Positions 54,137-64,000 of a stretch of 64,000 bases of DNA are shown here, piece after piece. Position 1 is the stretch's first letter; every line of letters begins with the position of its first letter. The notes under the pieces were generated by a model. It made no database searches, was not told where the DNA came from, and worked only from the letters and a program-made list of their open reading frames with translations. A program made the translations under genes and the position numbers. Source of the stretch: a virus (taxonomy: Duplodnaviria > Caudoviricetes). The DNA lies in the IMG/VR virus record IMGVR_UViG_3300007754_000007, positions 1 to 64,000 of that record. One strand, written 5' to 3'.

Positions 54137-56547
54137 CAGTTGGAGACTCGGAAGGTAGCGACTCCCAGGCCTCCGGACAGCGCGTACGAACGTCCTGTAA
54201 TGGGGCTCAGGCAGCCGTCAGTGAGGACTCCTCCTGTGAAGGGAGTAGGTGTGTTCACCTTGACAAAGGACGCACGGATCGTTGCTGATATCCCACCCTG
54301 GACCACGGCGCTCACACTCCCCTTCAATGAGGCGGACCCCTTGGTCGCCTGTACCTTCACGGACCCCGCTCCGGCCACCAATGCTGCTCCGAGGACATCC
54401 AGGTCCAGCTTGTTCTTCAATCCCGGAAGTCCTGTGGAGAGATGGACTCCGGAACCCTGGCCTACCGTGATTGGGGCTGGCGCCATGGTGGTGACATTGA
54501 ACGACCCTGCGTTCATCACTGTATCCTGGCGTCCGACGCGGAACACCGACTTCCGGCCGCCGAACACGTAGTCGAAGCGATCTACGACCCCGCCGGTCCC
54601 TCCCGTCAGTGGGGTGGCTGTGAACGTGGTCGTCCGCGAGGGACCGTTGGTGGGCTTGGAGTCGAGAGGCCCTCCGTAGGTGAACTCTGCCTTCCCTGTG
54701 ATGGTCACGTTCAGCTTCTTGGAGGACACAGCAATCGTGTCTCCGGACAGGATCTCCATAGAGGTGTTCGCGCGGGCCCTGAGAGTATCGATCTCATCGA
54801 GCTCCACTCGTTGGCCCGAGATCTTGAGCGTCTCTACTGCCGAGAGCAACATAGACTTGGCGCTCTCGATCAGGACAGCGTATCTGTTGCCCGCCAGAGT
54901 CAGATTGGGGTCGGAAGTCGGAGAGGCTGCCCCTGAGGTCGTCGCGGCTCCTCCGAAGATAGAGACAGCGGACTCCTCTGCCCGCATCTCCACACCAATG
55001 TTGTCCACGGAGCGGCCCACGCCGATTCCTCGGACAGAGACACCTCCTGTTCCCTCGAGGACGTAGCTCTCTCCAGCAGCGCTTCTCCCGACGCGGATTC
55101 TCTTCCCCGTCTGGTAGAACTCCTGGTGGCTCTCGGACCCAGACCCCGGGAAGTAGGATCGATATGCTCCGCCCTTGGTGATCGCCATGAAGGCGGGAGG
55201 GGCCTTGGGGTCAGTGGGGTTGTGGACCCGAACCAGGAAGGCGGCGTGGTCCGAGACCGGGGTTGTAGGTCCCGCAGCGTGGAGACCTGGAGAGAATCTT
55301 CCGTTCTCGTCGAACAGGGCGGGGACCAACGGACGGCCGTAACTGGACCTCTCGTTGATCGGATCGTTCCCGATCGCCGTTCCCATGACGACCTCAACCA
55401 TAGGAGCGTTCGGGGATCGGTTCAGGGGGTTCACATCCCCACTCCCGTCCGTCCCCTCGGTGGGAGCGTTCGGTAGGAGCCGATCGATGTCGATCCCATC
55501 GGTCTGCTCAGTAACCGGGAGAGTTCCGTCTGCCGTATGGGAGACCTCCCAACGGACCTCGGTGAAGACCTCAGCATCCTCGCTCAACGCAGCGTTCGGG
55601 TAGCTCCCGTCAGCGTTGGGATCCATGGAGACCCGATAGAGGTTCTTTCCCCCATAGGTCGCCGAAGGACGCACCAATTCGTCGTACATCATCCCGTGTT
55701 CGTCGATGAACAGACCACGAACCAGTGCCTGGTTGGGATCTACGTTCCCCATCTGCAGGTTGGTTTCAAATACGGGGTGTGCGGTGAGTGCTCCGGGGTT
55801 GTCGGTCTCTGGGAGATCTCCAGGCGCCACGGCGGTTCCGTCGGATTCGATCTGCTTGCCCGCTGTCCAGTCGATGTCATCAGCAAACATCTGGGTCGGA
55901 AGGAGAGTGCTATCCCTTTGGACCATTCCCGAATAGGTGCGGACCCCGGCTCCCGCATGGAACCTCTGCAAGGACCGGGAGACGAGAGCTTGATCCTGAT
56001 CCCTGAGGAGGAGCTCGTTCCCTCTCCGGTTGGCCAGGAGGACCCCCTCGTCAAGGATGAGATCAGATCCCTGAGAGCTGGAGGCCCCTACGTTCCCGGC
56101 CTCCAAGTGTCGGAGCTTGTGGCGCCTCCGGCCGAATGTTCCCGTGAGGGCTTCTCGCATAGCTGGGGTGAGGGAGACCTCGTCCTCCTTGGTCGGAGAG
56201 GTCATCAACCAGTCGTACCCAGCCGAAGCTCCCGGGACCAACCATCCCACCACATAAGGGACAGCTGAGCTCCCTGACTCGGCAGGGGAGAATCCCACCA
56301 CACAGAGGTCATTCACCTCTGGGATGGCGCCGAGGAAGTGTCGAGCCCCTGCTCCGGGGAAGGACATCTGCATCTTGTCGTAGGTGTCTCCACTCCCTGT
56401 GAGGATGTACAGGGAAAACGTCCGCTGGATAGAGTCCACCTCGGTGACCTTGGCGATCCGAAGTGGGTACTCCCCGGGCTGGCCCCCTGCGCGGTCCTTT
56501 CGAAGCTGGCGGGGGCGGAGCTTTTCCTTGAGGGCTGCGGTGCTCAT
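54136..56547 (-). CDS. putative baseplate central spike (gp5/gpV/VgrG-like)
   Basis: N-terminal OB-fold-like AKVTEVD...IPEVNDLCVVGF...PYVVGW; beta-repeat C-terminus. Confidence 0.65.
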   Translation of the reverse strand: MSTAALKEKLRPRQLRKDRAGGQPGEYPLRIAKVTEVDSIQRTFSLYILTGSGDTYDKMQMSFPGAGARHFLGAIPEVNDLCVVGFSPAESGSSAVPYVVGWLVPGASAGYDWLMTSPTKEDEVSLTPAMREALTGTFGRRRHKLRHLEAGNVGASSSQGSDLILDEGVLLANRRGNELLLRDQDQALVSRSLQRFHAGAGVRTYSGMVQRDSTLLPTQMFADDIDWTAGKQIESDGTAVAPGDLPETDNPGALTAHPVFETNLQMGNVDPNQALVRGLFIDEHGMMYDELVRPSATYGGKNLYRVSMDPNADGSYPNAALSEDAEVFTEVRWEVSHTADGTLPVTEQTDGIDIDRLLPNAPTEGTDGSGDVNPLNRSPNAPMVEVVMGTAIGNDPINERSSYGRPLVPALFDENGRFSPGLHAAGPTTPVSDHAAFLVRVHNPTDPKAPPAFMAITKGGAYRSYFPGSGSESHQEFYQTGKRIRVGRSAAGESYVLEGTGGVSVRGIGVGRSVDNIGVEMRAEESAVSIFGGAATTSGAASPTSDPNLTLAGNRYAVLIESAKSMLLSAVETLKISGQRVELDEIDTLRARANTSMEILSGDTIAVSSKKLNVTITGKAEFTYGGPLDSKPTNGPSRTTTFTATPLTGGTGGVVDRFDYVFGGRKSVFRVGRQDTVMNAGSFNVTTMAPAPITVGQGSGVHLSTGLPGLKNKLDLDVLGAALVAGAGSVKVQATKGSASLKGSVSAVVQGGISATIRASFVKVNTPTPFTGGVLTDGCLSPITGRSYALSGGLGVATFRVSN

Positions 56548-59500
56548 GTGGTATCCCCATCCGTTGCGGAGGCCAACCCTCCGGTGAGGTTCCCTACGGA
56601 ATCTTGGATTGCGCGGGAGAAGTCGGCGAGAGGCTGCTCGTTGCTGCTGTCCACAATAGAGCCCGCCATTGCCTCTCGGGAGAACTGATGGCTCTCGCTG
56701 ACCCCAGCCGCCTGCTGCTCCAGGAAGCCCTGGACAGGATCATCGAAGAGGTCGATGAACTCCTCCGAGAAAGCTGAGAGGAGAGTCGCGGCGTCAGCCC
56801 CCTTACAGACGCAGGTGTCTCCCGTAACCGAGAGATCTGCGAGGTTGGCGGCAGCCACCTCTCCTGTCTGGGACATTCCCCGGAAGAAGCTGGTCACTGG
56901 AGTGTTCCGGATACGGGCTCTCTGGCTGGTGGAGTTGTGCTGGAGGCTCTCAACTGCCTCCCGTGTGATTGCCTCCTCCGTGGTATTGGATGCCGCCAGG
57001 ACAGCATCCCTCTCGGTGGCCGAGAGCTTCCCAAAGATCGTCTGGGGATCCTCTCCGGCCAGGAAAAGGATGATGAACTTCTCGATAGCTTGGAGGTCGG
57101 AGGCGTTTGAGCCTACCCCGCCGACCCATGTGGTGGAGGTCGTAGACGTGGTTGTAGCGTCTCCTGAATCGTCCCCTTGGGTAGTGCTATCCATCAGGGA
57201 CGCGAAGGCTTCTACCCCCACTCCCCGACCGTATGGGAGGTTCCCGTACACCTCATAGCCTCCCGCGTCGGAGACAGGGAAGATCGGGGTGTAGTCATTG
57301 ATCTCTTCATAGGAGTCTGGGCGGAATACCAAGACACCCGGCTCCCCTTCAGACACCTCTACAACGCCGTCTGTGTAGTTCCGGATGAAGCTCTCCCGAG
57401 CATCCATGAACTCGGACCAGTCCTCGGGTGAAAGTTTATTCGCTGCGCTGACAACTTGGCGGGTATAGGCCCACAGCCCTTGAGACAAGGAGGACGCCAA
57501 GGACCGAACGGCGTCCAGGTCCGACTTCCGGATGAACACCGCAGATACCAGGCTTCCGTCGGATCCTTCGGCAAGCTGCTTCGCATAGCTATCCAGACAC
57601 CGACCCACGGTTGACACCTTGGACTGGGCCGCACTAACCTGGGAAGCGGAATCCACACCCAGGTCCTGACTGAACTGAAGGATCTCTCCCAGGATTCGGA
57701 AGTACTCGTCCTCGAACCTCTCTCCGATAGTGAGGCCAGGATCAGGAACCGCTCGGGACTCCAGCAGGGCTGTGTAGGCATCCTTGGTCGAGGAGGGGGA
57801 CAGGCCGAAGTTGGTCCCCGCGCTCCAACCGGGCTTGGTCCGAGACACCGTGATCCGCTTCCTGACCGTCTGGGGGCCGAATGTGACGAACCGGATATCG
57901 GAGGTTGCCATGACCTCCGTCTGGAAACTGTAGTCTCCCGGGTCCTCCTTCTGGGAGAGCGCCGCTACCTTGATCCCTCTCTGGATAGGCCGGGGCTCTG
58001 TATCGAGAGCGATCCCCTTGCCGTTCCCTGCATTGGTCAGTGCGCGGATAGAGGTGGTGAAGCCCTCATCAGGAACTCCCCCTGCCACCGTAGAGTGCTC
58101 AGAGGTTTCGTGATCAACATAGAGGTTCCCTGGCGCCTGATGCTCTGCGTCCGGATGTGAGCACGAGAAGTATCGGTATCGGCCCTGGGCGCTGGTGCCT
58201 GGAGCAAAAGTGCCCTTCAAGGAAGTCTGCAGCGCCAGGTAGTTGTTCAGGTTCGAGGAATCTGAGACATCTATGGAAGTCCGGCGTTGGATTGCGGCCA
58301 GGACCAATCCCAGGTTGTTGCTGGGATCCGGTTGGTAGGTGCCTGCCTTGAGGGCTTCTTGGACATCCGTCCACTGCTGCTCGATCTCGGACAGCTGTAT
58401 CTCGATCTTCTCCTCATTGGAGGACCTGAGATAGAAGATCTGGTCGGTCTCCCCGCGCTCCAGGATCCCTGAGGTCAGGGCGATCTGGATGTACCCCTCC
58501 GCAGTGATGACCCCGCTCGCCAGATCCACAGTGGCCAGGTTGATCTTGTCTGGGTCCAATGCCAAGACAACGTTGGGGAATCCGTAGTTGCGCGGGGGTC
58601 CTGCATCCCCCGCGTCCTCCGACATATGTTGGTCGAATCCCATCATGGGCTGGGCAGGGAACTCCCCAGGAGCGTCCAGGCGAACGTGGGAGACATCCGG
58701 AAGAGAACCGTCTCCTGGGGTTTCCATCGGGGGAAGCCACTTGGCCCTCTTGGCCACTCCGTTGATCTGGGTGTTGCACTGCCCACCGGCCTGGTAGCTG
58801 TGGGAGAAGGACCTCACGTAGTAGAAGCAGTCCATGGAGCGGACGTAGACAGGGAAGCCTGGGCGGAGCTCGGGGCGGAGAGGGATGGTAATGGAGGCGC
58901 TCTTGACTCCTACGTTGGCCATGTCCAGTCGGTTGATCGCAGATACGAACAGAGCCTGGCGAGAGCTCAGGTAGTTCGACTCGAAGGTCTCCTCGCGGTA
59001 TCCGTACTGAGCGACCAGCTTGTAGTCGATGAAGACACCCCCGACCCCCAGCCATCCTTCGATCCCGTGTCCGGAGAGATTGGCAAAGTGGGAGCCTGTC
59101 CCCTTGACCATGGTGGCCTCGGGCTCTCCCTCAGAAGGGTTGATGGAGATCAGATCCCGGTCCTCGATCACGTAGACAGGGTCGTCTCGGGTGTCCATGT
59201 TGTACAGAGGGGGCTTGAAGACGAGGTCCCCATCAACGTCCTGGTAGAACTCGAAGCCTGTGATAGACTTGACCCGCTCGACGATCTCGAGCTTGGACAT
59301 GTACTCGGTTTCGAACATGTTGATGGACCCAAGACGCCCCACATCGAGAGTGAACGCCTGCATCCGTAGAACGTCCTCGGTCGCGAAGGACGTCCCGTTC
59401 CCTCCTGATGTATCGTACACAGCAGCCCGAGTAGCCAGGGGGTCGTATCCCAACTCCTGGGCCTTCTCCAAGAACTCCTGATGCCTCTGGGGATTGTAGT

Positions 59501-60413
59501 CCTGGCCCTCCGTCTGCAGGATCCTTTGCGCAGTCTGGAAGAGCACAGAGCTTCCAGAGGACTCTCCCCGGGTGTCGTACCAGGCCCCCAGGTACGCCTG
59601 CTCGAAGGCGTTGAAGATCCTCCCGTCAATCCCATACATGCGGAGGCTGCCTGAGTGCTCCGTCCAACGTTTCTCCCACCACTCAGCGGCGTGCTTGAAC
59701 TGGTACTTGCGGTTGTCCCCGTCCTTGGCCGAGATGCTGGTTTGCTTCCCCAGCATGAACTCGACGCCATAGGCAGCCCCGAACCCCACCCGAACCAGCG
59801 TGTAGATGATGGCGTAGGGGTTGGCGCTGGTGAACTTGTGTCCCCGAAGATCAGGCTGGACTTGGGAGTCCGCCGGCCTCTTCCCCATCACCGCACCGTT
59901 GGTGGACAGTTTGAGGTTCTGCCAGAAGTGTAGGAGGTTGGAGCACTGTAGAGTCGCCGTGTAGAAGCCCCCGCTGAATCCATGGGAGACGTTGGTCGTG
60001 ACTCCTCTGAACACCTGGTAGTAGGGATAGAGGGGGACTCCATCCGGGTCGAAGCCTTCGAGCTCCGAGGGGTCCTGCCCCAGGCTGGCGAAGCCCTTCA
60101 TGGGGAAGTATCCCTTCATGAAGACAATGACTTCCAATCCCGGCTTCAGGACATGGTTCCCATCGAAGGAGAAGAGACTCGCGTCATAGCGAGGGATGCT
60201 CAGGGAGATGTTCGCGGAGGCAACGGGATCGGTGGTCCCATCCACCGAGATGTTGGTGATGTAGCGGTTGAGATCCAGACCCTTGTTGCAGGTAGGACAG
60301 GTGGCCATCTCCTGGTGGCCGTTGATCAGGACGATGGCATCGGGCGAGTGCTTGACCGAAGTCTGGCCTCGCATCTGCCAGGTCCCGATGTAGGGGCGGT
60401 TGCTCAAGGACAT
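56544..60413 (-). CDS. putative baseplate hub (gp27/gpD-like)
   Basis: FEFYQDVDGDLVFKPP, ASITIPLRPELRPGFPV, YYVRSFSHS. Confidence 0.7.
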   Translation of the reverse strand: MSLSNRPYIGTWQMRGQTSVKHSPDAIVLINGHQEMATCPTCNKGLDLNRYITNISVDGTTDPVASANISLSIPRYDASLFSFDGNHVLKPGLEVIVFMKGYFPMKGFASLGQDPSELEGFDPDGVPLYPYYQVFRGVTTNVSHGFSGGFYTATLQCSNLLHFWQNLKLSTNGAVMGKRPADSQVQPDLRGHKFTSANPYAIIYTLVRVGFGAAYGVEFMLGKQTSISAKDGDNRKYQFKHAAEWWEKRWTEHSGSLRMYGIDGRIFNAFEQAYLGAWYDTRGESSGSSVLFQTAQRILQTEGQDYNPQRHQEFLEKAQELGYDPLATRAAVYDTSGGNGTSFATEDVLRMQAFTLDVGRLGSINMFETEYMSKLEIVERVKSITGFEFYQDVDGDLVFKPPLYNMDTRDDPVYVIEDRDLISINPSEGEPEATMVKGTGSHFANLSGHGIEGWLGVGGVFIDYKLVAQYGYREETFESNYLSSRQALFVSAINRLDMANVGVKSASITIPLRPELRPGFPVYVRSMDCFYYVRSFSHSYQAGGQCNTQINGVAKRAKWLPPMETPGDGSLPDVSHVRLDAPGEFPAQPMMGFDQHMSEDAGDAGPPRNYGFPNVVLALDPDKINLATVDLASGVITAEGYIQIALTSGILERGETDQIFYLRSSNEEKIEIQLSEIEQQWTDVQEALKAGTYQPDPSNNLGLVLAAIQRRTSIDVSDSSNLNNYLALQTSLKGTFAPGTSAQGRYRYFSCSHPDAEHQAPGNLYVDHETSEHSTVAGGVPDEGFTTSIRALTNAGNGKGIALDTEPRPIQRGIKVAALSQKEDPGDYSFQTEVMATSDIRFVTFGPQTVRKRITVSRTKPGWSAGTNFGLSPSSTKDAYTALLESRAVPDPGLTIGERFEDEYFRILGEILQFSQDLGVDSASQVSAAQSKVSTVGRCLDSYAKQLAEGSDGSLVSAVFIRKSDLDAVRSLASSLSQGLWAYTRQVVSAANKLSPEDWSEFMDARESFIRNYTDGVVEVSEGEPGVLVFRPDSYEEINDYTPIFPVSDAGGYEVYGNLPYGRGVGVEAFASLMDSTTQGDDSGDATTTSTTSTTWVGGVGSNASDLQAIEKFIILFLAGEDPQTIFGKLSATERDAVLAASNTTEEAITREAVESLQHNSTSQRARIRNTPVTSFFRGMSQTGEVAAANLADLSVTGDTCVCKGADAATLLSAFSEEFIDLFDDPVQGFLEQQAAGVSESHQFSREAMAGSIVDSSNEQPLADFSRAIQDSVGNLTGGLASATDGDTT

Positions 60414-61477
60414 CAGAACCCCAGGAGATCAATGGGCAGGTGGGCCAGGGATTCATCTACCGATGAGGCTCCGGAAGATAGACCAGCGCCAAGCCCAGGG
60501 TCTGCACTGTTGGTCTGGGTCTCCCCCAAGGCCCTCATCGGCTGCACCACTGTAGTCCTCTCCGCGTGATCGTACATAAAGCTAACGGTGAACTCCATGG
60601 ACCACTCGATCCGATGAGGAGACCCCTCCTGGTAGCTGTAGGAGAACCTCTCGATGTGGCCGAAGTAGGTGAACTGGTCGTAGTCAATGGCCAGGCCGCC
60701 TACCATGTGATGGGCTTCGGACCCCTCTATCGTATTGAAGATGTAGCCGTTGTTCCTGTAGAAGTGGTACAGAGAGGTGAAGTTCTGGAACGCGGCGCTG
60801 TCCCGCTTCGATGCGAACTGAGTTCCGCTGGCTGAGCCCGTTTCCGCTTGGCCTGGGATCGCTGTGGCAGGGTTCGCCCCCGCCATGAACGCGCCGGTGG
60901 ATCCAGAGAACGAGATCGCAGGCTGACCCTCTCCCCAGCGCTCGAACATGAATCCCCAGCGGGTTCGATTCGAGAACTGCTGGACCGTCGAGTAGCTGAC
61001 GGACATGTTCGCCGGGTTGACGAAGAGCGTCAGGGGCGGTGTGTTCAGGAGGATCTCTACCTGACGGGCTACATCGGCTGCGGTCAGAGCATCAGTGAAG
61101 ACAGCCCGCTCCGTGTTCGTGGCTCCCGATACAATTTGGCCTGCCGACACGATCCGCTCGAGTTGAGACAAGGCTCCTGTCCCTCCGGTGATCGTAGAGA
61201 TTCCGAAAGAGGAACGAACAGCGTTCGCGGCTGTGTTGAACTCGTCGGTAGACTGTCCTCCCCGGCCGATCAGGTTTACATCGATCCCTGTGTTTTCGGC
61301 GACCAGATCCGGGACTACAATCCGGATCGTGAATGGAGACAGGTCCCGGGTGAGAGGGTTCCCTGCGTCTACGGGGATCCCTGCCTGGGTCTCGAACGAA
61401 TACACCAGCCCTGGCCCCACAGGGAGGGTCGCGTACCGATCGGCAATCAGGTCCTCTCGGAGGCTTGCAATGGCCAT
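60413..61477 (-). CDS. putative baseplate/tail-tube initiator protein
   Basis: LFVNPANMSVSY...ISFSGSTG; paralogous to the next ORF. Confidence 0.6.
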   Translation of the reverse strand: MAIASLREDLIADRYATLPVGPGLVYSFETQAGIPVDAGNPLTRDLSPFTIRIVVPDLVAENTGIDVNLIGRGGQSTDEFNTAANAVRSSFGISTITGGTGALSQLERIVSAGQIVSGATNTERAVFTDALTAADVARQVEILLNTPPLTLFVNPANMSVSYSTVQQFSNRTRWGFMFERWGEGQPAISFSGSTGAFMAGANPATAIPGQAETGSASGTQFASKRDSAAFQNFTSLYHFYRNNGYIFNTIEGSEAHHMVGGLAIDYDQFTYFGHIERFSYSYQEGSPHRIEWSMEFTVSFMYDHAERTTVVQPMRALGETQTNSADPGLGAGLSSGASSVDESLAHLPIDLLGF

Positions 61478-62082
61478 CAGGAGTCCCCCAACTGGATTGC
61501 GGTTCGCCAGACTTGGCTCTCATGGGAGATCGTCATAGCTGCCGTCAGGGTGAACTGGAACGGCTTGTTGGCGTCTTCCGTCACGTTGAATGTATCGAAC
61601 CAACCGAAATAGACACCGCCGTCAAATATCACCTTGATAATCCCCTGGAGAACCACCTGTCCTGCGGCGTCGTACACAGAGCCATTGTTGTGGAACAAAG
61701 CCAACAGGTCAAGGTAGCTGTCATAGGAGAGGGTCTCGCGACGGGTTCCTCCCGTCTGGTTCGGAGAAGTGGTGCTGGTGAGCCCTGTGTAAAGCCTCTT
61801 GAACCCGCCCGTAGCGACGTCGAAGTCGATGTTCTGCGCGTTGTCCCCGAAGTGCTGCTCTACGAACCCTGACTTGGTCTGGATCCGCACGACCGAGCGA
61901 GTCCACTTGATGGTCATCGAGTTTGGGTTGACATGGAGGACCAACCGGACCCCCTCGGGGAGGATTGAGGTCTCCCAGTCCGGGCCCAGAATATCAAACA
62001 CCACGGGGCGGACCCCTCGCCCGGAGAACTCATCCTCCTCCCCGGCAGGGAACGCTCCTGTGAAGATCGGCCGATCAGCCAT
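61477..62082 (-). CDS. putative baseplate/tail-tube initiator protein
   Basis: LHVNPNSMTIKW...YFGWFDTFNVTEDANKPFQF; directly after the tape measure gene. Confidence 0.6.
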   Translation of the reverse strand: MADRPIFTGAFPAGEEDEFSGRGVRPVVFDILGPDWETSILPEGVRLVLHVNPNSMTIKWTRSVVRIQTKSGFVEQHFGDNAQNIDFDVATGGFKRLYTGLTSTTSPNQTGGTRRETLSYDSYLDLLALFHNNGSVYDAAGQVVLQGIIKVIFDGGVYFGWFDTFNVTEDANKPFQFTLTAAMTISHESQVWRTAIQLGDS

Positions 62083-64000
62083 AGGACTTCATGCTCGGGT
62101 AGCCGGTGTCCAGGAGCACTTTGGTGACCACCTCCTTCACCTTGTTGATGTCCCCTCCGTTGATGTTGATGGTGACGCTCTTGTTCCCCATCCCCTGGGA
62201 AATCGGACCTCCCGGCTTCGCACCGAAGAACTCGTCAGACTTGTTGATGGGCGTGATGTTTCCGGACCGACCGTCTCCCCGGTAGATGAAGTCGTTGGCC
62301 ATGGGATTGTACAGAAGGTCGGTGCTTGCCCCACCCAAGGCCAGGGCTTGGCTCTCTTCCATGGTGAGACCCCCCTTCCGGGCGTTGGCCACCACCGAGG
62401 TCCAGTCCCCGGTCTGGTGGGCCGTCTGGACTGCCTTGTAGCCGAACTGTGACCCAAGCTCGGCCAGGGCCTCCCGTTTCTGGGCGTTCTCTACACTCTC
62501 AACGACAGCATCGAACCCTTTCTTCTCCTCCTTGAGCTGCTTCTCTTGGAGCTTGAGCTGTTCCTCGTCGCGCAGCTTCTGCTCCTGTTCTGCGTCTGTG
62601 ATCCCGGAGGCCATCTCTGAGATCTTCTCTGGGGTCATCCGATCTTTGTCAAACTCAGGGGAAGACGTTGCATAGGTCTCCGTATGCATCTCTCCCATAC
62701 GCTTCGTGGTGCGAGTGGCGTAGGTGCTCTCTCCGTAGTCCACCATGGACTTCTGCTCATCGGAGAACGTAGCTTCCATCGCTTCTTGGGCTGTCATCCC
62801 CAAGGAAAGGTTCCTCTGGAACCGGGACTGGGCGTCCCCCTGGGCGGAGAGACCGGAACGCTGTCCCTGGAGGCGGGAGATTTCTTTCCCCAATGCAGCA
62901 ACCTCCTCCCCATCCGCAGAGGTGACCTGCTTCTGCTTGAGCTCGGAGAGCTTCTCGTCCAGCACAGCGATCTCGTCTCCGATCCTCTGGGACTCCCCGA
63001 CACTGGCGCGGCGGGCCTCGATCTTCTTCGAATGCTCATCGTCGCCCATGATCCCGACCAGCATCTCCATGCCGCTGGCAATCTGCTCAAGGAGCCCGGC
63101 GATGACGTTACTGAGCTCCTGGGAGAAGCTACGAGTCTCCTCCAGCTGCTCCTTGGCGATCCGTTCCATGGTAGAGAACTTCAGCTCCCCGAGGGCTTCA
63201 AGCTCTGCTCCTCCGCTGAGCTCCCCAGCGGCCAATGCATCGTAGAAGTCCCCCAGGACTTCCTTCCCACCCTTGGCCTCGTATTCGGCTCGGAGTCCCG
63301 TCTCCAGGAGGGCCAGCTGGTCGAAAGCTTCTCCAGTCAGTCCTGTGACCTCCTCCATCATCATCCGGTTCACGCCAGTGAGCTCAGCAAGCGGGGTCTC
63401 CCCTCCTCCTCGGAACGCGGCTCCCTGGGCCAGCTGGGCCGCGAGCTCTCCTGTCTTGGAAAGATGCCCGAGCGCTCCCGCAGCAGCCATGCCCCCACCG
63501 GTGGCTCCTTGGGCGAGTCCCCGGAGAGAGAACAACTGACGTGCGGCAGCAGGATCAGCTTTCTGGGCAGAAGCATAAGCGGCGCGGAACTCCTCGCCTG
63601 TCATCTTGGAGAGGGCCTCGATATCCATGGACCGACCGTCCGCGGAGAACAGCCCCTTGAAAGCGGGGTCTCCGGAGAGCTTCCCTGCAAACTTGTCCGC
63701 GAAGGCTTCTCCCTGGGACTCAGCATCCGCACGAACGATCCCGGAAGCCCGGCCCCGGCCCATCAGCATCTGGCTCTTGAACCGCTCCTGCATTCCCATC
63801 CCACGGAACGTTCCCTCGAGACCGATCTTCTCCTTGGCCAAGTCTTCGCCGAGGATCTTGACCAGGTCCGAGAACAGCCCCACCGTATCCCCGACACGGA
63901 AGTTGTACAGGGCCATGCCTGAGGTCGCGTTGTTGATGGCTGCGAAGAAGTCCTTGGTGTTCATCCCCGCCTTGCCGGCTTCCTCGGCGATCATGCCGAA
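62075..64000 (-). CDS. tape measure protein, C-terminal part (5' end outside window)
   Basis: long Ala/Gly/Glu helical ORF ending ...SVTININGGD... Confidence 0.7.
   Translation of the reverse strand, partial: FGMIAEEAGKAGMNTKDFFAAINNATSGMALYNFRVGDTVGLFSDLVKILGEDLAKEKIGLEGTFRGMGMQERFKSQMLMGRGRASGIVRADAESQGEAFADKFAGKLSGDPAFKGLFSADGRSMDIEALSKMTGEEFRAAYASAQKADPAAARQLFSLRGLAQGATGGGMAAAGALGHLSKTGELAAQLAQGAAFRGGGETPLAELTGVNRMMMEEVTGLTGEAFDQLALLETGLRAEYEAKGGKEVLGDFYDALAAGELSGGAELEALGELKFSTMERIAKEQLEETRSFSQELSNVIAGLLEQIASGMEMLVGIMGDDEHSKKIEARRASVGESQRIGDEIAVLDEKLSELKQKQVTSADGEEVAALGKEISRLQGQRSGLSAQGDAQSRFQRNLSLGMTAQEAMEATFSDEQKSMVDYGESTYATRTTKRMGEMHTETYATSSPEFDKDRMTPEKISEMASGITDAEQEQKLRDEEQLKLQEKQLKEEKKGFDAVVESVENAQKREALAELGSQFGYKAVQTAHQTGDWTSVVANARKGGLTMEESQALALGGASTDLLYNPMANDFIYRGDGRSGNITPINKSDEFFGAKPGGPISQGMGNKSVTININGGDINKVKEVVTKVLLDTGYPSMKSYG

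Overview
GC-rich segment of a large (jumbo-type) myovirus-like phage genome. The host cannot be determined from this window. Positions 1-38.6 kb are an accessory and tRNA region: many short hypothetical ORFs, about 20 intact or near-intact tRNA genes (all on the minus strand), several broken or non-canonical tRNAs, a group I intron in tRNA-Lys(UUU), a candidate large ncRNA, and six free-standing homing-type endonucleases plus one small HNH protein. Positions 38.6-64 kb are a minus-strand virion module: tape-measure C-terminus, probable tube-initiator/baseplate proteins, hub, spike and a 3631-aa protein. Main finding: three paralogous GIY-YIG genes interrupt three different tRNAs (Asp, Pro, Leu) at the same T-loop position (GTTCG^) and share a 32-33 nt leader. 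This looks like a mobile element family that targets the T-loop, and one copy carries a replacement tRNA 5' part. Other notable items are a 141-nt tRNA/tmRNA-like RNA, a shared N-terminal leader (LRxILxxEG) on five unrelated small proteins, two candidate phage promoter motifs, a pseudo-receiver membrane protein and a SET-domain protein. All calls come from reading the sequence by eye; no searches were run.
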